A DNA stretch of 64,000 nt from an uncultured Abiotrophia sp. (GTDB lineage: Bacteria; Bacillota; Bacilli; Lactobacillales; Aerococcaceae). The notes under the pieces were generated by a model. It searched no databases and was not told where the DNA came from. It saw nothing but the letters and a program-made list of their open reading frames with translations. The stretch is taken from positions 183,263 through 247,262 of the forward strand of contig NZ_CALLVK010000021.1 in NCBI RefSeq assembly GCF_938010525.1. The letters run 5' to 3'. Of this stretch, positions 17,810 through 27,993 are shown piece by piece. Both the position numbers and the translations under genes were made by a program. Position 1 is the first letter of the stretch. Each line of letters starts with the position of its first letter.

Positions 17810-19039
17810 CTAGGCTCCTTTCTCAAGGACTTGGGTCACAACCTCACGGAAACTTTCAATAATGTAGGCTAGCTCTTCATCCGTCAAACGGGTGTGTAAA
17901 GGTAGGGTAATTTCATTTTCATAATAAGCATAGGCATTTGGGTAGTCCGCCATCTTAAAGCCCATATTAGCATAGGCGGTGAGCAGTGGCAGTGGTTTGT
18001 AGTGGACATTGGTTGCAATGCCCCGCTCCGCCATCAAGTTGATGATGCGGTTACGGTCTTCCAGACTAGCCCCTTCAATATGGGTAATGTAGAGGTGGCG
18101 AGAAGATTCATAATCCGCGCCTTGATGAGGCAAAGGCTTAATGGCTGTGCCAGCGAAACCTTGATCATATTGTGCCACTAATTCTTGACGACGAGCCAAG
18201 AGACCTGGATAACGTTGTAATTGTACCAAGCCGATGCTGGCCATGATATCGGTCATGTTACATTTGAAACCTGGGATGACAATATCATATTCCCATGCCC
18301 CTAGCTGGGTCTTAGCCAAGGCATCCTTGGTTTGCCCATGTAGGGAGAAGACTTGGAAGAGACGATAGAGTTCGTCATCATCAAGGCCTGGACGAGCCTT
18401 CCAGGTCACGCTTCCGCCTTCTGCAGTCGTAAAGTTCTTAACAGCATGGAAGGAGAAGGAAGTGAAGTCCGCCCAAGTCCCTGCTGGTTGACCCTTATAA
18501 GTTGCCCCTAGGGCGTGAGCAGAGTCCGAAATAACAATCACTCGATCAAAAAGCGCTTGAATCGCATGATCAGGATTAGCTTGGTAGAGATCCTTCTTGG
18601 CTTCTAGGGCTGACATGAGTTTGTCATAGTCACAAGGAATCCCAGCGATTTCAACCGGGATTACCGCCTTGGTCTTAGCCGTTAGGCTAGCTGCCAATAA
18701 GTCATAATCCATTTCAAAGCCAGTCGACTGCAAGTCAACTAAGACAGGCGTCGCTCCTACGTGTTCAATCACCGCACAAGAAGCCGTATAGGTCAAGGCT
18801 GGCACAATGACTTCATCGCCAGGCCCAATGCCTAAGACGCGTAAGATTAATTCTAATGCTGCAGTAGCTGAATTTAAGCAGACTGTCCGTGGCGTCTGAG
18901 TGTAGTTGGAAAGCTCTACTTCTAATTTTTTAGTCTTAGGGCCGGTGGTAATCCAACCGGATTTGAGGGTATCCACTACCTCATCAATTTCTTCCTGGCC
19001 TAAGTCAGGTGGTGAGTAGGGAATATTCCATTTTTTCAT
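17810..19039 (-). CDS. DegT/DnrJ/EryC1/StrS-family sugar aminotransferase
   Basis: 409 aa PLP-dependent; typical DegT layout (SFHAVKN lysine region). Confidence 0.75.
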   Translation of the reverse strand: MKKWNIPYSPPDLGQEEIDEVVDTLKSGWITTGPKTKKLEVELSNYTQTPRTVCLNSATAALELILRVLGIGPGDEVIVPALTYTASCAVIEHVGATPVLVDLQSTGFEMDYDLLAASLTAKTKAVIPVEIAGIPCDYDKLMSALEAKKDLYQANPDHAIQALFDRVIVISDSAHALGATYKGQPAGTWADFTSFSFHAVKNFTTAEGGSVTWKARPGLDDDELYRLFQVFSLHGQTKDALAKTQLGAWEYDIVIPGFKCNMTDIMASIGLVQLQRYPGLLARRQELVAQYDQGFAGTAIKPLPHQGADYESSRHLYITHIEGASLEDRNRIINLMAERGIATNVHYKPLPLLTAYANMGFKMADYPNAYAYYENEITLPLHTRLTDEELAYIIESFREVVTQVLEKGA

Positions 19040-19052
19040 AGCAAACGCTCCT

Positions 19053-19745
19053 TTATTTGAAGACCTTCAAGACAGTTCGAACCATGAGTTTCAAATCGCC
19101 TAGAAAGCTATAATTCTTGAGATAGGATAAGTTATAGTGCATCTTCTCTGGTAGGACCTTGGTGATGTAGATATCATCCACTTCCATCCCCTCCAAGATG
19201 AACTTAGCAATCAATTCTTCCTCGTCCTTGAAGAGGATGCTGGCCGTAGAGGTTACCCCTGCTGGCAAGAGCAAGGTAGCCTTCATCTCAGGCGTATAAG
19301 CAGCCACGTACTTGGCTACTTCAGGTCGCGTACCAACCAGACTCATATCCCCTGTTAAGATGTTCAACAATTGAGGTAGTTCATCTAAGCGATAACGGCG
19401 AATGACATGTCCAACACGGGTAATACGGTCATCATTTTTGAGGGTCACTAAAGACCCCATCTTATCCGCATCCACCTTCATGGTCCGGAACTTGAAAATC
19501 CGGAAGATTCTGCCGTAGGTTGTCACCCGCTCCTGGCGATAGAAGACAGGCCCTGGTGAGTCCAGCTTAATCCAAATAGCGAAGAAGAGTAAAATTGGTG
19601 AGAGTAAGAGTAGCAAGATAGCACTCACCAAGATATCGAAGGCCCGTTTCAAGAATAGTTGCCCGCGTTTAGCGGCCAAGGCCTCGTAATATGGGCGCAC
19701 CTGCTCGGTCTGCAGTTCCGCCGGTAATGATTCAAATTTTTTCAT
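19053..19745 (-). CDS. Small phosphoglycosyltransferase (bacterial sugar transferase family, PglC/WbaP-C-like)
   Basis: 230 aa; N-terminal TM; DELPQLLNIL..GDMSLVGTRP motif. Confidence 0.7.
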   Translation of the reverse strand: MKKFESLPAELQTEQVRPYYEALAAKRGQLFLKRAFDILVSAILLLLLSPILLFFAIWIKLDSPGPVFYRQERVTTYGRIFRIFKFRTMKVDADKMGSLVTLKNDDRITRVGHVIRRYRLDELPQLLNILTGDMSLVGTRPEVAKYVAAYTPEMKATLLLPAGVTSTASILFKDEEELIAKFILEGMEVDDIYITKVLPEKMHYNLSYLKNYSFLGDLKLMVRTVLKVFK

Positions 19746-19863
19746 TCAATCCCTCATATTCTCAGAAAGTCGCATACTTAAATTTTATCACGGATAGCGC
19801 CAGATTTCTAGCAGTTGTGGTGGGAAAATAAAAGTAGTGCTCAGTTCTAAACCCCATAGCTAA

Positions 19864-19894
19864 GAAAAAACTGGAGAAGGCTCGCTTCCCCAGT
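19864..19894 (-). terminator. Rho-independent terminator downstream of pepF
   Basis: ctggggaag...cttctccag imperfect hairpin followed by uuuuuucu on the minus strand. Confidence 0.5.
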
Positions 19895-19902
19895 TTATTG
19901 GA

Positions 19903-21714
19903 TTATTTAGTTTCTGCCAAGAGGGCTTCAAACTCGTTCAAACGTGCTTCGAATACTTTGAGGGTTGCCTCAATATAATCACGTTGCGTCATATCCAAAC
20001 CAGCCTTCTTCATGGTATCGATTGGATAGAGGCTGCAACCTGACTTAAGGAAGCCCTTGTAGGCTTCAAGTAAGTCACTGTCACCAGCGGCAATCTTGTC
20101 TGCGAAGAAGGTGGCCGCAGAGAAGCCAGTCGCATATTGGAAGACATAATAGTTGTAGTAGAAGTGTGGAATCCGCGACCACTCTAGCCCGATTTCAGAG
20201 TCAGAGTTAACGCTTGGTCCGTAGTACTTAGCATTCAATTTACGGTAGTTCTCCGTCAAGAATTCGTGAGTTAATGGTGTCCCGTCTGCATCTGCTTGGT
20301 GCATGAAGTGCTCGAATTCCGCAAATTGGGTTTGACGGAAGACCGTCCCCTTAACCCCATCTAAGAAGTGGTTGAGGACATAGAGGCGGATTTGCGGATC
20401 TTGATATTTCTTCAAGAGGTAGTCCGTCAAGAGATTTTCATTAGTAGTTGAGGCAATCTCAGCCAAGAAAATTGAATAATCACTGTAAACATAAGGTTGG
20501 TTAGTGCGAGATAGGTAAGAATGCGCACTGTGACCCAACTCATGAACTAAGGTGAAGAGCCAATTAATATTGTCTTGCCAGTTGAGTAAGACATAAGGCT
20601 TGCTGTCATACATCCCACCTGAGTATGCGCCTGAGCGTTTGCCCTTGTTCTCATACCAGTCAATCCAACGTTCGTCGAAGGCCTTAGCCATGATTTCCAA
20701 ATAATCTGGTCCCATCGGCGCCAGAGCTTCCATAACGATATCCCGCGCTTCCGCTTGGCTGAACTTGATTGGAGCATCCCCAAGAAGTGGCGTATAAAGG
20801 TCATACATTTCTAGCGAATCTAGACCTAAGAGATCCTTACGTAAGGCGGTATAACGATGGAGTAAGCCCAAGTGATCGCCCACTGTCTCTAGCAAGGTGT
20901 CATAAACGGATTCCGGCACATTATTGCGGAAAAGAGCGGCTGCCCGCGCTGATGGATAGTGACGGACTTTGGCCTTGTAGTTATCGGTCTTAATGTTAGT
21001 GGATAAGACATTGGCCAGGGTATTCTTGAACTGGTTGTAGACAGTGTAGTATTGTTGGAAAGTATCGCGGCGAACACGGCGGTCAGTGCTTTCCAAGAGA
21101 CGACCATAGGTCCCGTGTGTTAATTGTACCGCTTGCCCTTCCGGCCCTTCAATGGTTGGGAAGACAAAGTCAGCATTGTCCAACAAGGAGAAAGTAGAAT
21201 AAGAGCTACTGAAAATCTCACCTAATTGCGCTAAGAGCGTCTCCTCAGAAGCCGACAAGGTGTGGGCACGCCCACGGGTAATATCATCCAAGTACTGACG
21301 GTAGAAATCCAATTCAGGTGTTTCTTGGAAGTAAGCTTCCAGCGTTTCGGATGGCAAGCTCAAAAGTTCAGGGTCGAAGAAGGCAATGGCTTCTGCCAAC
21401 TTACTGTATAGTTGCATAGCTCGAGCATTGAGAACTTGAGAGGCACTATTGGTTGAATCTTGATCATAGGTCAAGTGGGCATAAGCGTAGAGACGCTCAA
21501 CCACTAAGCAAGCCGCTTGAATAGCCTCAATAACAGTCACTAAGTGGGCGCCACCTTGATCCAGGGTGCCCTTGTAGGATGTTAAGTCCGCTACCATGGC
21601 CTCTGCCTTGTCATATTCAGCCTGCCATTGGTCGGCATCGGCATAGAGCGAAGTCAGGTCCCAGGTAAAGGCTTCAGGTTGTTGTTCACGCGTGCGTAAT
21701 GTTTCTTCTGACAT
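19903..21714 (-). CDS. pepF: Oligoendopeptidase F (M3 family)
   Basis: 603 aa; HELGHSAHS zinc motif; conserved position downstream of coiA. Confidence 0.85.
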   Translation of the reverse strand: MSEETLRTREQQPEAFTWDLTSLYADADQWQAEYDKAEAMVADLTSYKGTLDQGGAHLVTVIEAIQAACLVVERLYAYAHLTYDQDSTNSASQVLNARAMQLYSKLAEAIAFFDPELLSLPSETLEAYFQETPELDFYRQYLDDITRGRAHTLSASEETLLAQLGEIFSSSYSTFSLLDNADFVFPTIEGPEGQAVQLTHGTYGRLLESTDRRVRRDTFQQYYTVYNQFKNTLANVLSTNIKTDNYKAKVRHYPSARAAALFRNNVPESVYDTLLETVGDHLGLLHRYTALRKDLLGLDSLEMYDLYTPLLGDAPIKFSQAEARDIVMEALAPMGPDYLEIMAKAFDERWIDWYENKGKRSGAYSGGMYDSKPYVLLNWQDNINWLFTLVHELGHSAHSYLSRTNQPYVYSDYSIFLAEIASTTNENLLTDYLLKKYQDPQIRLYVLNHFLDGVKGTVFRQTQFAEFEHFMHQADADGTPLTHEFLTENYRKLNAKYYGPSVNSDSEIGLEWSRIPHFYYNYYVFQYATGFSAATFFADKIAAGDSDLLEAYKGFLKSGCSLYPIDTMKKAGLDMTQRDYIEATLKVFEARLNEFEALLAETK

Positions 21715-21856
21715 AAGGTCACCTCATCTTAAAGTTAGTAAATAGTTAGACATAATAAATTCTAGCACAATTCACTTGTAAATTGAATTGAAAGCCCTTG
21801 AAGAGGAGGAAGAAGTGCCCTTTTAGTCACATGGATCATGTTTGACATGCCAATCC

Positions 21857-22963
21857 TTAGCTAACAACGCGATAAAGCCCCCTATCTCGATCAAAGGCTA
21901 GGTGGCCTTGCCACTGCCACAGCCGAAGGAATGATTGGCAAATTTCAGGCAGCAGTCTAGCTCGCCCCTCCTCGCCTAACAAAGGCGTTGGAACAAGATG
22001 AACTTTGCCAGACCGAACTAGCCTTTCATGGAAAAGCAACCAGTCATGTCTTGTAAAACCTTGATTAGATTCCCTAACTTCCTTCAAAAAAGTAGCCTGA
22101 TAGGCCAACCAGACCCAGCCAGGCTCAGGGCTGACTAGGACTTGATAGCACCCTTGCAGGCACCAAGCCGGCAAGTCGCCTACCTGAATCCTCTCCTGAT
22201 AGAGTTGACGCCAATAAGATTGGTGACCAGCCAGCAAATGGCTACGTACCTGGCTAACAGCTTGGCCTTCTCGACAGTGACAAGCCCTTGGCCACAGCCA
22301 AGCACTATAAGCCAGACAATCCGCCTGCCAGGCCTGCTGAGACAAAGACTTCAGTAAGAGGGTACGACTTTGGTAAGTATAGGACAAGCGAGAATAGACC
22401 AAGGGCAGATTAAAATCCTGAACTAGGCAGGCGCCCTCCACATCTAGGGCTAGCCAATAATAGCCCCAAGCAGGGGCATAATGCAGGCAAGTTTGTTTCC
22501 AACGGGTCTTAAACTTACCGCTTAGAACATCAGCTGATAGTAGCCAGACCACTGTCTGACCCAAGGCTTGGTAATCCGCCTGCCGACTAGCTAGAAGCTG
22601 AGCAGAAATAATCGATTGTTGGTACTCCACCACCCACTGACGTTGGGGCAGGTAGAGGTCCGCAAATTGCCCCGAAGAAGGCAAATAATACTCCAAATTA
22701 ACACGCTCGCCTTGGGCTTGGAAGGTCTGACCTAAAAGGCGCTTGGCCGCTTGATGCCGCTCCGACTCCATGACCTGGCGTTTACTTAATTTAGTTTGCC
22801 CACAGACCCCTTCCACATGAACAAAATGGGGTCTAACCCGTCTCCCTGACCGCAATTTAAGCGGTTGATGGCAGCGTGGACAGAACCAGGGCCCCTCCCC
22901 CACTAATCCCGCCACCTGACTGGCATAGACCAACTTACCTGCTCCATTCAAAGCCGCATACAT
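21857..22963 (-). CDS. coiA: Competence protein CoiA-like
   Basis: N-terminal CPRCHQPL...HFVH zinc-finger region; the coiA-pepF gene order is conserved in Lactobacillales. Confidence 0.65.
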   Translation of the reverse strand: MYAALNGAGKLVYASQVAGLVGEGPWFCPRCHQPLKLRSGRRVRPHFVHVEGVCGQTKLSKRQVMESERHQAAKRLLGQTFQAQGERVNLEYYLPSSGQFADLYLPQRQWVVEYQQSIISAQLLASRQADYQALGQTVVWLLSADVLSGKFKTRWKQTCLHYAPAWGYYWLALDVEGACLVQDFNLPLVYSRLSYTYQSRTLLLKSLSQQAWQADCLAYSAWLWPRACHCREGQAVSQVRSHLLAGHQSYWRQLYQERIQVGDLPAWCLQGCYQVLVSPEPGWVWLAYQATFLKEVRESNQGFTRHDWLLFHERLVRSGKVHLVPTPLLGEEGRARLLPEICQSFLRLWQWQGHLAFDRDRGLYRVVS

Positions 22964-23142
22964 AAAGACCCCTCCCTCTATATATAGCCCAAAGAGCTGC
23001 CTCTCGCATTTTTTTGTGGCTTACAGTTTGGTTACAGAGCAGGGTTCTCTTAGAATAATCATAGAGCCAAGACCTTATCTTCCCTAAGATCTTGGCTCCA
23101 TTCATTTGCTATGGCTCGGCTATTTATGGTCAGACCAAAAAA

Positions 23143-24618
23143 CTAATCTGTCAGGTTGCGCGTACGAGAATAAATCTGTCCGTATACCTCGTATAATTCT
23201 TGATAATGTTGGACTTTATCCTCTTCAGGATTAAACTGCTGATTCAGTCTTAGGAACTGTTCCTGGCAGGCCTGAAAACTCTCGAACCATCCCATCGCCA
23301 TCGCAGCTAGCATGGCAGCTCCTAAGCCAGGACCTTGTTCAGGCTGAATCGTGACAATAGGTTTAGCGAAGATATTAGCTTGGAGCTGGCACCAATAGCC
23401 AGATTGACTTCCACCTCCAATAGATCGAAGTAAAGTCGGGGTGACCTTAGTTTCTTCTTCTACTAGTTGAATCAGATCTCGTAAGGAGAAAGTAACCCCC
23501 TCTACGACGCTACGCGCTAAATCAAGCGGGCCGTGACTAATATCGAGATGCATAAAACTTCCTCGCACCATGCTGTCAGGATAAGGACAGCGTTCACCTT
23601 GTAAGTAAGGAGTGAACCATAATGGAATAGCCTCCTTAGCGTCATGTTCTGCTATTGCTTCAAATAACTGCTCATAACTTAAGTCAGGCATAAACTGTGT
23701 CTTATACCACTTGAGACTATCTCCTGCTGCTAGCGTAACCCCCATTTGATAGTACTGGTCAGGCACAACATGTTGGAAAACATGAGTCCGTCCAGAAGTT
23801 TCATCAGGTAAGGCCCCTAGTTGCAGATAGACTCCCGAAGTCCCGATACTTACAAGGCCTTGTTCTGAAACTAATCCAGCCCCTAAAGCTCCGCAGGCAT
23901 TATCTGCTCCACCGGCTACCAACTTAACAGGCTTTTTCAGCCCCCACTTTTGGGCAAGTTCCGGCCGAAGCCAACCAACAACCGACTTAGATTCGACCAA
24001 AGGCGGGCACCATTCCAATGAAATATCCAAACTCTGACACAATTCTTCCGACCATTTGCTTTGCTTCATGTCAAGTAACAAGGTGCCTGAGGCATCTGAA
24101 TAATCCATTTGCATAGGAGCACCCAACCAATAGCGCAAATAGTCTTTTGGCAGGAGAAAATATTGTATCTGAGCCCAAATTTCAGGTAAGTTTCTTTTTA
24201 CCCAAAGTAATTTAGGTAGTGTAAATCCAGGTAAGGCAACGTTTTTACTAATTTCGATTAGCCTTTTCCCTAAAGTATGTTCCAGAATTTGACACTCCTC
24301 GTGGGTCCTACCATCATTCCATAAGATAGCGGGATGCAAAACTTGGCCTTTCTGGTCTAGCATAACAAGTGAATGCATCTGCCCAGAGAAAGAGATGGCT
24401 TCTAAGCCACTCGCAATCTCAGGTAAAGACCTGATTAATTGCTCCATCACCTCATCCATAGCGCCTGTCCAGACAGCCGGATCTTGCTCAGAATAACCTA
24501 GCTGTGGGTGCTGCGTTTCATAGCCAACCTGCGCCTGGGCAACAAGCTGTCCTTGTTTATCCACGACTAAGCCTTTAAGGCTCGTTGTTCCTAAATCAAT
24601 CCCTAGCACATACGCCAT
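23143..24618 (-). CDS. FGGY-family carbohydrate kinase (xylulokinase-like)
   Basis: MAYVLGIDLGTTSLKGLVVD N-terminal FGGY motif; 491 aa. Confidence 0.75.
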   Translation of the reverse strand: MAYVLGIDLGTTSLKGLVVDKQGQLVAQAQVGYETQHPQLGYSEQDPAVWTGAMDEVMEQLIRSLPEIASGLEAISFSGQMHSLVMLDQKGQVLHPAILWNDGRTHEECQILEHTLGKRLIEISKNVALPGFTLPKLLWVKRNLPEIWAQIQYFLLPKDYLRYWLGAPMQMDYSDASGTLLLDMKQSKWSEELCQSLDISLEWCPPLVESKSVVGWLRPELAQKWGLKKPVKLVAGGADNACGALGAGLVSEQGLVSIGTSGVYLQLGALPDETSGRTHVFQHVVPDQYYQMGVTLAAGDSLKWYKTQFMPDLSYEQLFEAIAEHDAKEAIPLWFTPYLQGERCPYPDSMVRGSFMHLDISHGPLDLARSVVEGVTFSLRDLIQLVEEETKVTPTLLRSIGGGSQSGYWCQLQANIFAKPIVTIQPEQGPGLGAAMLAAMAMGWFESFQACQEQFLRLNQQFNPEEDKVQHYQELYEVYGQIYSRTRNLTD

Positions 24619-24635
24619 GAAACTTCACCTCCTTT

Positions 24636-25157
24636 TTATGGTTCCACACGTCGAATATTAGGATCCGTGAAAATATCGCTAGCATCATCGCTAGAAGAAG
24701 AAAATTCCGAGACAATCGCGCCTTCAGGTCCTGCCTTAAACCAGTGTTTTGTGTTAGGACTAATCACAAACTGCTGCCCTGGTTCCAAATGAATATGGTG
24801 GAAAACCGTATATACTGACTCTTTGCCTGAAGGAACCTGATCTCTTCCACCTGACTCAGGACCTTCAACGAATAAGTCTACTGAGCCCTTGCGGCAGCGA
24901 AAAGTTTCCTGCTTTCCTGGCTGACCATTTCTCTCAGGATGACGATGTTCAGGGCAAATTTGCCCTGGTAATAATACAAGTTCTTTAGCACAGTAGCGTT
25001 CGTTATTATCATAAATGATAAGACTTAATCCTTCTCGTTCAAAATCATTAAGCCCAAAATCTGCATACTCAATTGCTTCTAGCTCATCTGGGCGAAAAAC
25101 CATTCCTGACTCACGATATAGTTGTTGAACGGCTAACTTCACTTCAGGTGATATCAT
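24636..25157 (-). CDS. Cupin-fold sugar isomerase (D-lyxose/D-mannose isomerase-like)
   Basis: About 173 aa; cupin His/Glu cluster CPEHRHP...E...H. Start at MISPEVK with an AAAGGAGGGG SD. Confidence 0.5.
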   Translation of the reverse strand: MISPEVKLAVQQLYRESGMVFRPDELEAIEYADFGLNDFEREGLSLIIYDNNERYCAKELVLLPGQICPEHRHPERNGQPGKQETFRCRKGSVDLFVEGPESGGRDQVPSGKESVYTVFHHIHLEPGQQFVISPNTKHWFKAGPEGAIVSEFSSSSDDASDIFTDPNIRRVEP

Positions 25158-25179
25158 ACAGTACCCCTCCTTTCGCAAT

Positions 25180-26280
25180 CTAACTAATTTTCAAATCATC
25201 CCATGATAGCTCGTCTTCTTCCACTTCTTGGATTACAACTTCTGCTTCTGGATCCACTTGTGGACGTAAAATTAAAATTGTGATGGCGGTTGCCAAGGAA
25301 CCTAATAGCAAGGCTCCAATAAAGGCCCATGGACGAGTCATAGTAAAGACGGCAAACATACCAGAGGCTGGGATATGGCTATCTGCTCCCCAGAGCATGC
25401 TGAGCGCACCACCAACAGCTCCGCCGACACCTGTCGCAATGACATTCTTAAAGAGGTCATTCAAGACAATTGGGAAGCAACCCTCTGTAATTTGGCATAC
25501 CCCCATAGGAAAGGCTGTTTTTAGGGTCTCAACTTCTTGTTTATTGAAGATATTCTTACCAAATACCTTGCCGATGAAGTAAGCCATGGTCAAGCCAAAT
25601 GGTGTCACCATAGAAGCTAAAATTAAGACGGTGATAGGCTCATAGATTTGTTCAGAGAACAGCGTGAAGACAAAGGCGAAAACGACCTTGTTAATAGCGC
25701 CACCATAGTCAATTGAACTAAGAATCCCAATAATAGCGCCATAAAAGAGTAATTGAGACCGATCCAGTCCACCTAGGTAGCCAGTAATTTGAGAAGCTAC
25801 CCAGTTAATTGGCGTGCCGATAATGTAATACATAATTAGCCCGGCAATGAAAGAACTAGTAAATGGAATCACTAAGGTTGGCATTAAACCTTGCATCCAT
25901 TCCGGCACCTTAAGACTCCTTACAATCGTAACCACGGTATAACCTGCAAGGTAGCCCCCTACCAAGCCACCAAGGAATCCAGCCCCAATCCCTGAGGCTA
26001 CCATCCCAACGATTAAGCCAGGAGCAATACCTGGTTTATCCGCAATAGAGTAGGCAATTGCTGTAGAAACAATCATTGGCAAGAGGCCTAAACCATAGCC
26101 CCCCATGGTCGTCATCGTATCTGCAAAACTAAAGCCTGCCTTGAAGTCCGTAATGGTCGTACCTCCCATCATATTCCCGATAGCCAATAAGAAACCTGAG
26201 GCTACAACAATAGGAAGAAAGAAGGAAATAGCGGTCATCAAGTGCTTTTTAATTTCAATCTTCTTGCTCATAAGACTCAC
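25180..26280 (-). CDS. PTS fructose-family EIIC component
   Basis: 366 aa, polytopic, FrwC-like. Confidence 0.75.
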   Translation of the reverse strand: MSLMSKKIEIKKHLMTAISFFLPIVVASGFLLAIGNMMGGTTITDFKAGFSFADTMTTMGGYGLGLLPMIVSTAIAYSIADKPGIAPGLIVGMVASGIGAGFLGGLVGGYLAGYTVVTIVRSLKVPEWMQGLMPTLVIPFTSSFIAGLIMYYIIGTPINWVASQITGYLGGLDRSQLLFYGAIIGILSSIDYGGAINKVVFAFVFTLFSEQIYEPITVLILASMVTPFGLTMAYFIGKVFGKNIFNKQEVETLKTAFPMGVCQITEGCFPIVLNDLFKNVIATGVGGAVGGALSMLWGADSHIPASGMFAVFTMTRPWAFIGALLLGSLATAITILILRPQVDPEAEVVIQEVEEDELSWDDLKIS

Positions 26281-26297
26281 TCCTTTTAGATTTGAGG

Positions 26298-26609
26298 TTA
26301 TTGTTGAACGAGTTCTTGTAATTTCTCAACTAATTTTGTGGGTGACTTAACCGCCACACCTGTTGGAACTTCCACTACTTTCTTACCGTTAAAGCGTTCA
26401 CGGCCACCAACCTTAATATCAGCTGCAATTAAAACGATGTCCGCTTCTGAAATTTCTTGGGCAGATAAATTATTCTGCGTACCTGCTAATCCCTGTGTTT
26501 CAATGGCTATCTCATGCCCTAAGGCTTGCGCGGCTTTCATGATTTTTTCCCTCGCAATATAGGTATGAGCAATTCCAGCTGTACAAGCTGCAATCCCAAC
26601 AATTTTCAT
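26298..26609 (-). CDS. PTS fructose-family EIIB component
   Basis: 103 aa; MKIVGIAACTAGIAHTY active-site Cys region. Confidence 0.8.
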   Translation of the reverse strand: MKIVGIAACTAGIAHTYIAREKIMKAAQALGHEIAIETQGLAGTQNNLSAQEISEADIVLIAADIKVGGRERFNGKKVVEVPTGVAVKSPTKLVEKLQELVQQ

Positions 26610-26626
26610 ACGAAACCCTCCTCACC

Positions 26627-27499
26627 TTATTGATAGTAGAGCTGTGCTTTATTTGCTGAATTAAAGAGACGGATCTTATCTTCTGCCACTTTCTTAGTTT
26701 CTAGCATACATGGTGGAAATAGCACATTTGGCTCACGCATTTCGCTATCCCCACTATTAAGTTGCTCCCGCAATCTATTGGCAAATACAATCTTGATATC
26801 GCTCGAAATATTAATCTTATTAATCCCCATCTTCACCGCCTTAGCAATTTCTTCATCTGGATTACTTGATCCCCCATGCAAAACAAGTGGAATAGATACC
26901 TTCTTGGTGATTTCTTCTAGAATATCGTGCCGTAAATGAGGCTTAATATTTTTCGGATAAATACCATGCGCAGTGCCAATGGCAACTGCCAAACTGTCAG
27001 TGCCCGTCCGTTCTACAAAATCTTGCGCCACATCAGGATCTGTATAAATAACTTCTGTCACCCCTCCTTCAATGCTATTCCCTGTGTCACCTATAGTCCC
27101 AAGCTCTGCCTCTACAGATACGCCCACAGGATGAGCGGCTGCCACCACTTTTTGCGTGATTGCCACATTCTCCTCATAAGGGAGATGAGAAGCATCAATC
27201 ATAACGGAGGTAAAGCCTAGTTGAATGGCGTGAATTACTTGTTCATAGGATGCCCCATGATCTAAATGAATGCAGACCGGTAGTTTTGTATGGTTAGCAT
27301 AATACTTGACTTGATCGACAAATGAGTCTGTTAGGAATGAGAGTTCATCTGGGTGGATGGCAATCATAACAGGTGACTGCAATTCTTCGCAGGCTTGCAT
27401 GACAGCTTCTAATAATTGACCGGAGCCCGCATTAAAGGCCGGAACAGCAAAACCATGTTGATTTGCTACACTTAGAATTTTTTTACCACTGATTAACAT
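26627..27499 (-). CDS. Class II ketose-bisphosphate aldolase (tagatose/fructose-1,6-bisphosphate aldolase, GatY/KbaY-like)
   Basis: 290 aa; metal-ligand His motifs (HLDHG, LVLHGGS). Confidence 0.8.
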   Translation of the reverse strand: MLISGKKILSVANQHGFAVPAFNAGSGQLLEAVMQACEELQSPVMIAIHPDELSFLTDSFVDQVKYYANHTKLPVCIHLDHGASYEQVIHAIQLGFTSVMIDASHLPYEENVAITQKVVAAAHPVGVSVEAELGTIGDTGNSIEGGVTEVIYTDPDVAQDFVERTGTDSLAVAIGTAHGIYPKNIKPHLRHDILEEITKKVSIPLVLHGGSSNPDEEIAKAVKMGINKINISSDIKIVFANRLREQLNSGDSEMREPNVLFPPCMLETKKVAEDKIRLFNSANKAQLYYQ

Positions 27500-27516
27500 A
27501 TATTTTCCTCCTTAGT

Positions 27517-27993
27517 TTATTGGATATTAGCTTGATGGCTAACAATTAACTGATAGAGTTCATCTACTGACTTGGCTTCTTGAACCGCTTGAATAAAGCT
27601 ATCATCCGCAAGTAGAATCGCTACTTGTTGTAACAAAAGAATATGTGTCGTATTGGCATCTACATCCCTCACTGCAAAGAGAAAAACCACTGACACCTTT
27701 CCCTCATCAAGTGTTTCCCACTCAATAGGATGCGCTAATTTGGCAATGGCAACTGTTGTTTGTTTCACTCCTTTCGACTTGCCATGAGGAATTGCAACTC
27801 CCCCTCCAATACCTGTAATACCCTCACTTTCTCTAAGGTAAACATCCTCAATGAAGGTATCAACATCTTTTAGATAGCCTTTGGTTTCCAAAAGCCTTCC
27901 AAGTTCTTCTAACACCTCCTGTTTGTTTCTAGCCGTAGAATTGACGACCATAATATCTTTATCAATTAGCTGATCTAGGCTAAGTGTCGTCAT
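27517..27993 (-). CDS. PTS EIIA component (fructose/mannitol type, EIIA-2)
   Basis: 158 aa; GGGVAIPHGKS phosphorylation-site His. Confidence 0.75.
   Translation of the reverse strand: MTTLSLDQLIDKDIMVVNSTARNKQEVLEELGRLLETKGYLKDVDTFIEDVYLRESEGITGIGGGVAIPHGKSKGVKQTTVAIAKLAHPIEWETLDEGKVSVVFLFAVRDVDANTTHILLLQQVAILLADDSFIQAVQEAKSVDELYQLIVSHQANIQ

Noticed and set aside
16768-17826. ORF-track N-termini upstream of the chosen starts for GT2 (17826), aminotransferase (16811), fucosidase (5005), CorA-2 (12560), cupin (25178), Gfo/Idh/MocA (59188), GNAT (59983), CNNM (62909), CBS (62955), Dam (6999)
   Set aside because: In every case an internal ATG is preceded at 6-10 nt by a strong AGGAGG-type SD and aligns with the canonical family N-terminus. 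The upstream extension has no SD and would overlap the neighbouring gene or terminator.
22964-23142. ComX/cin-box upstream of coiA
   Set aside because: I looked for TACGAATA or TnCGAATA in the about 180-bp upstream region on the minus strand and found no convincing match, so no competence promoter is called.
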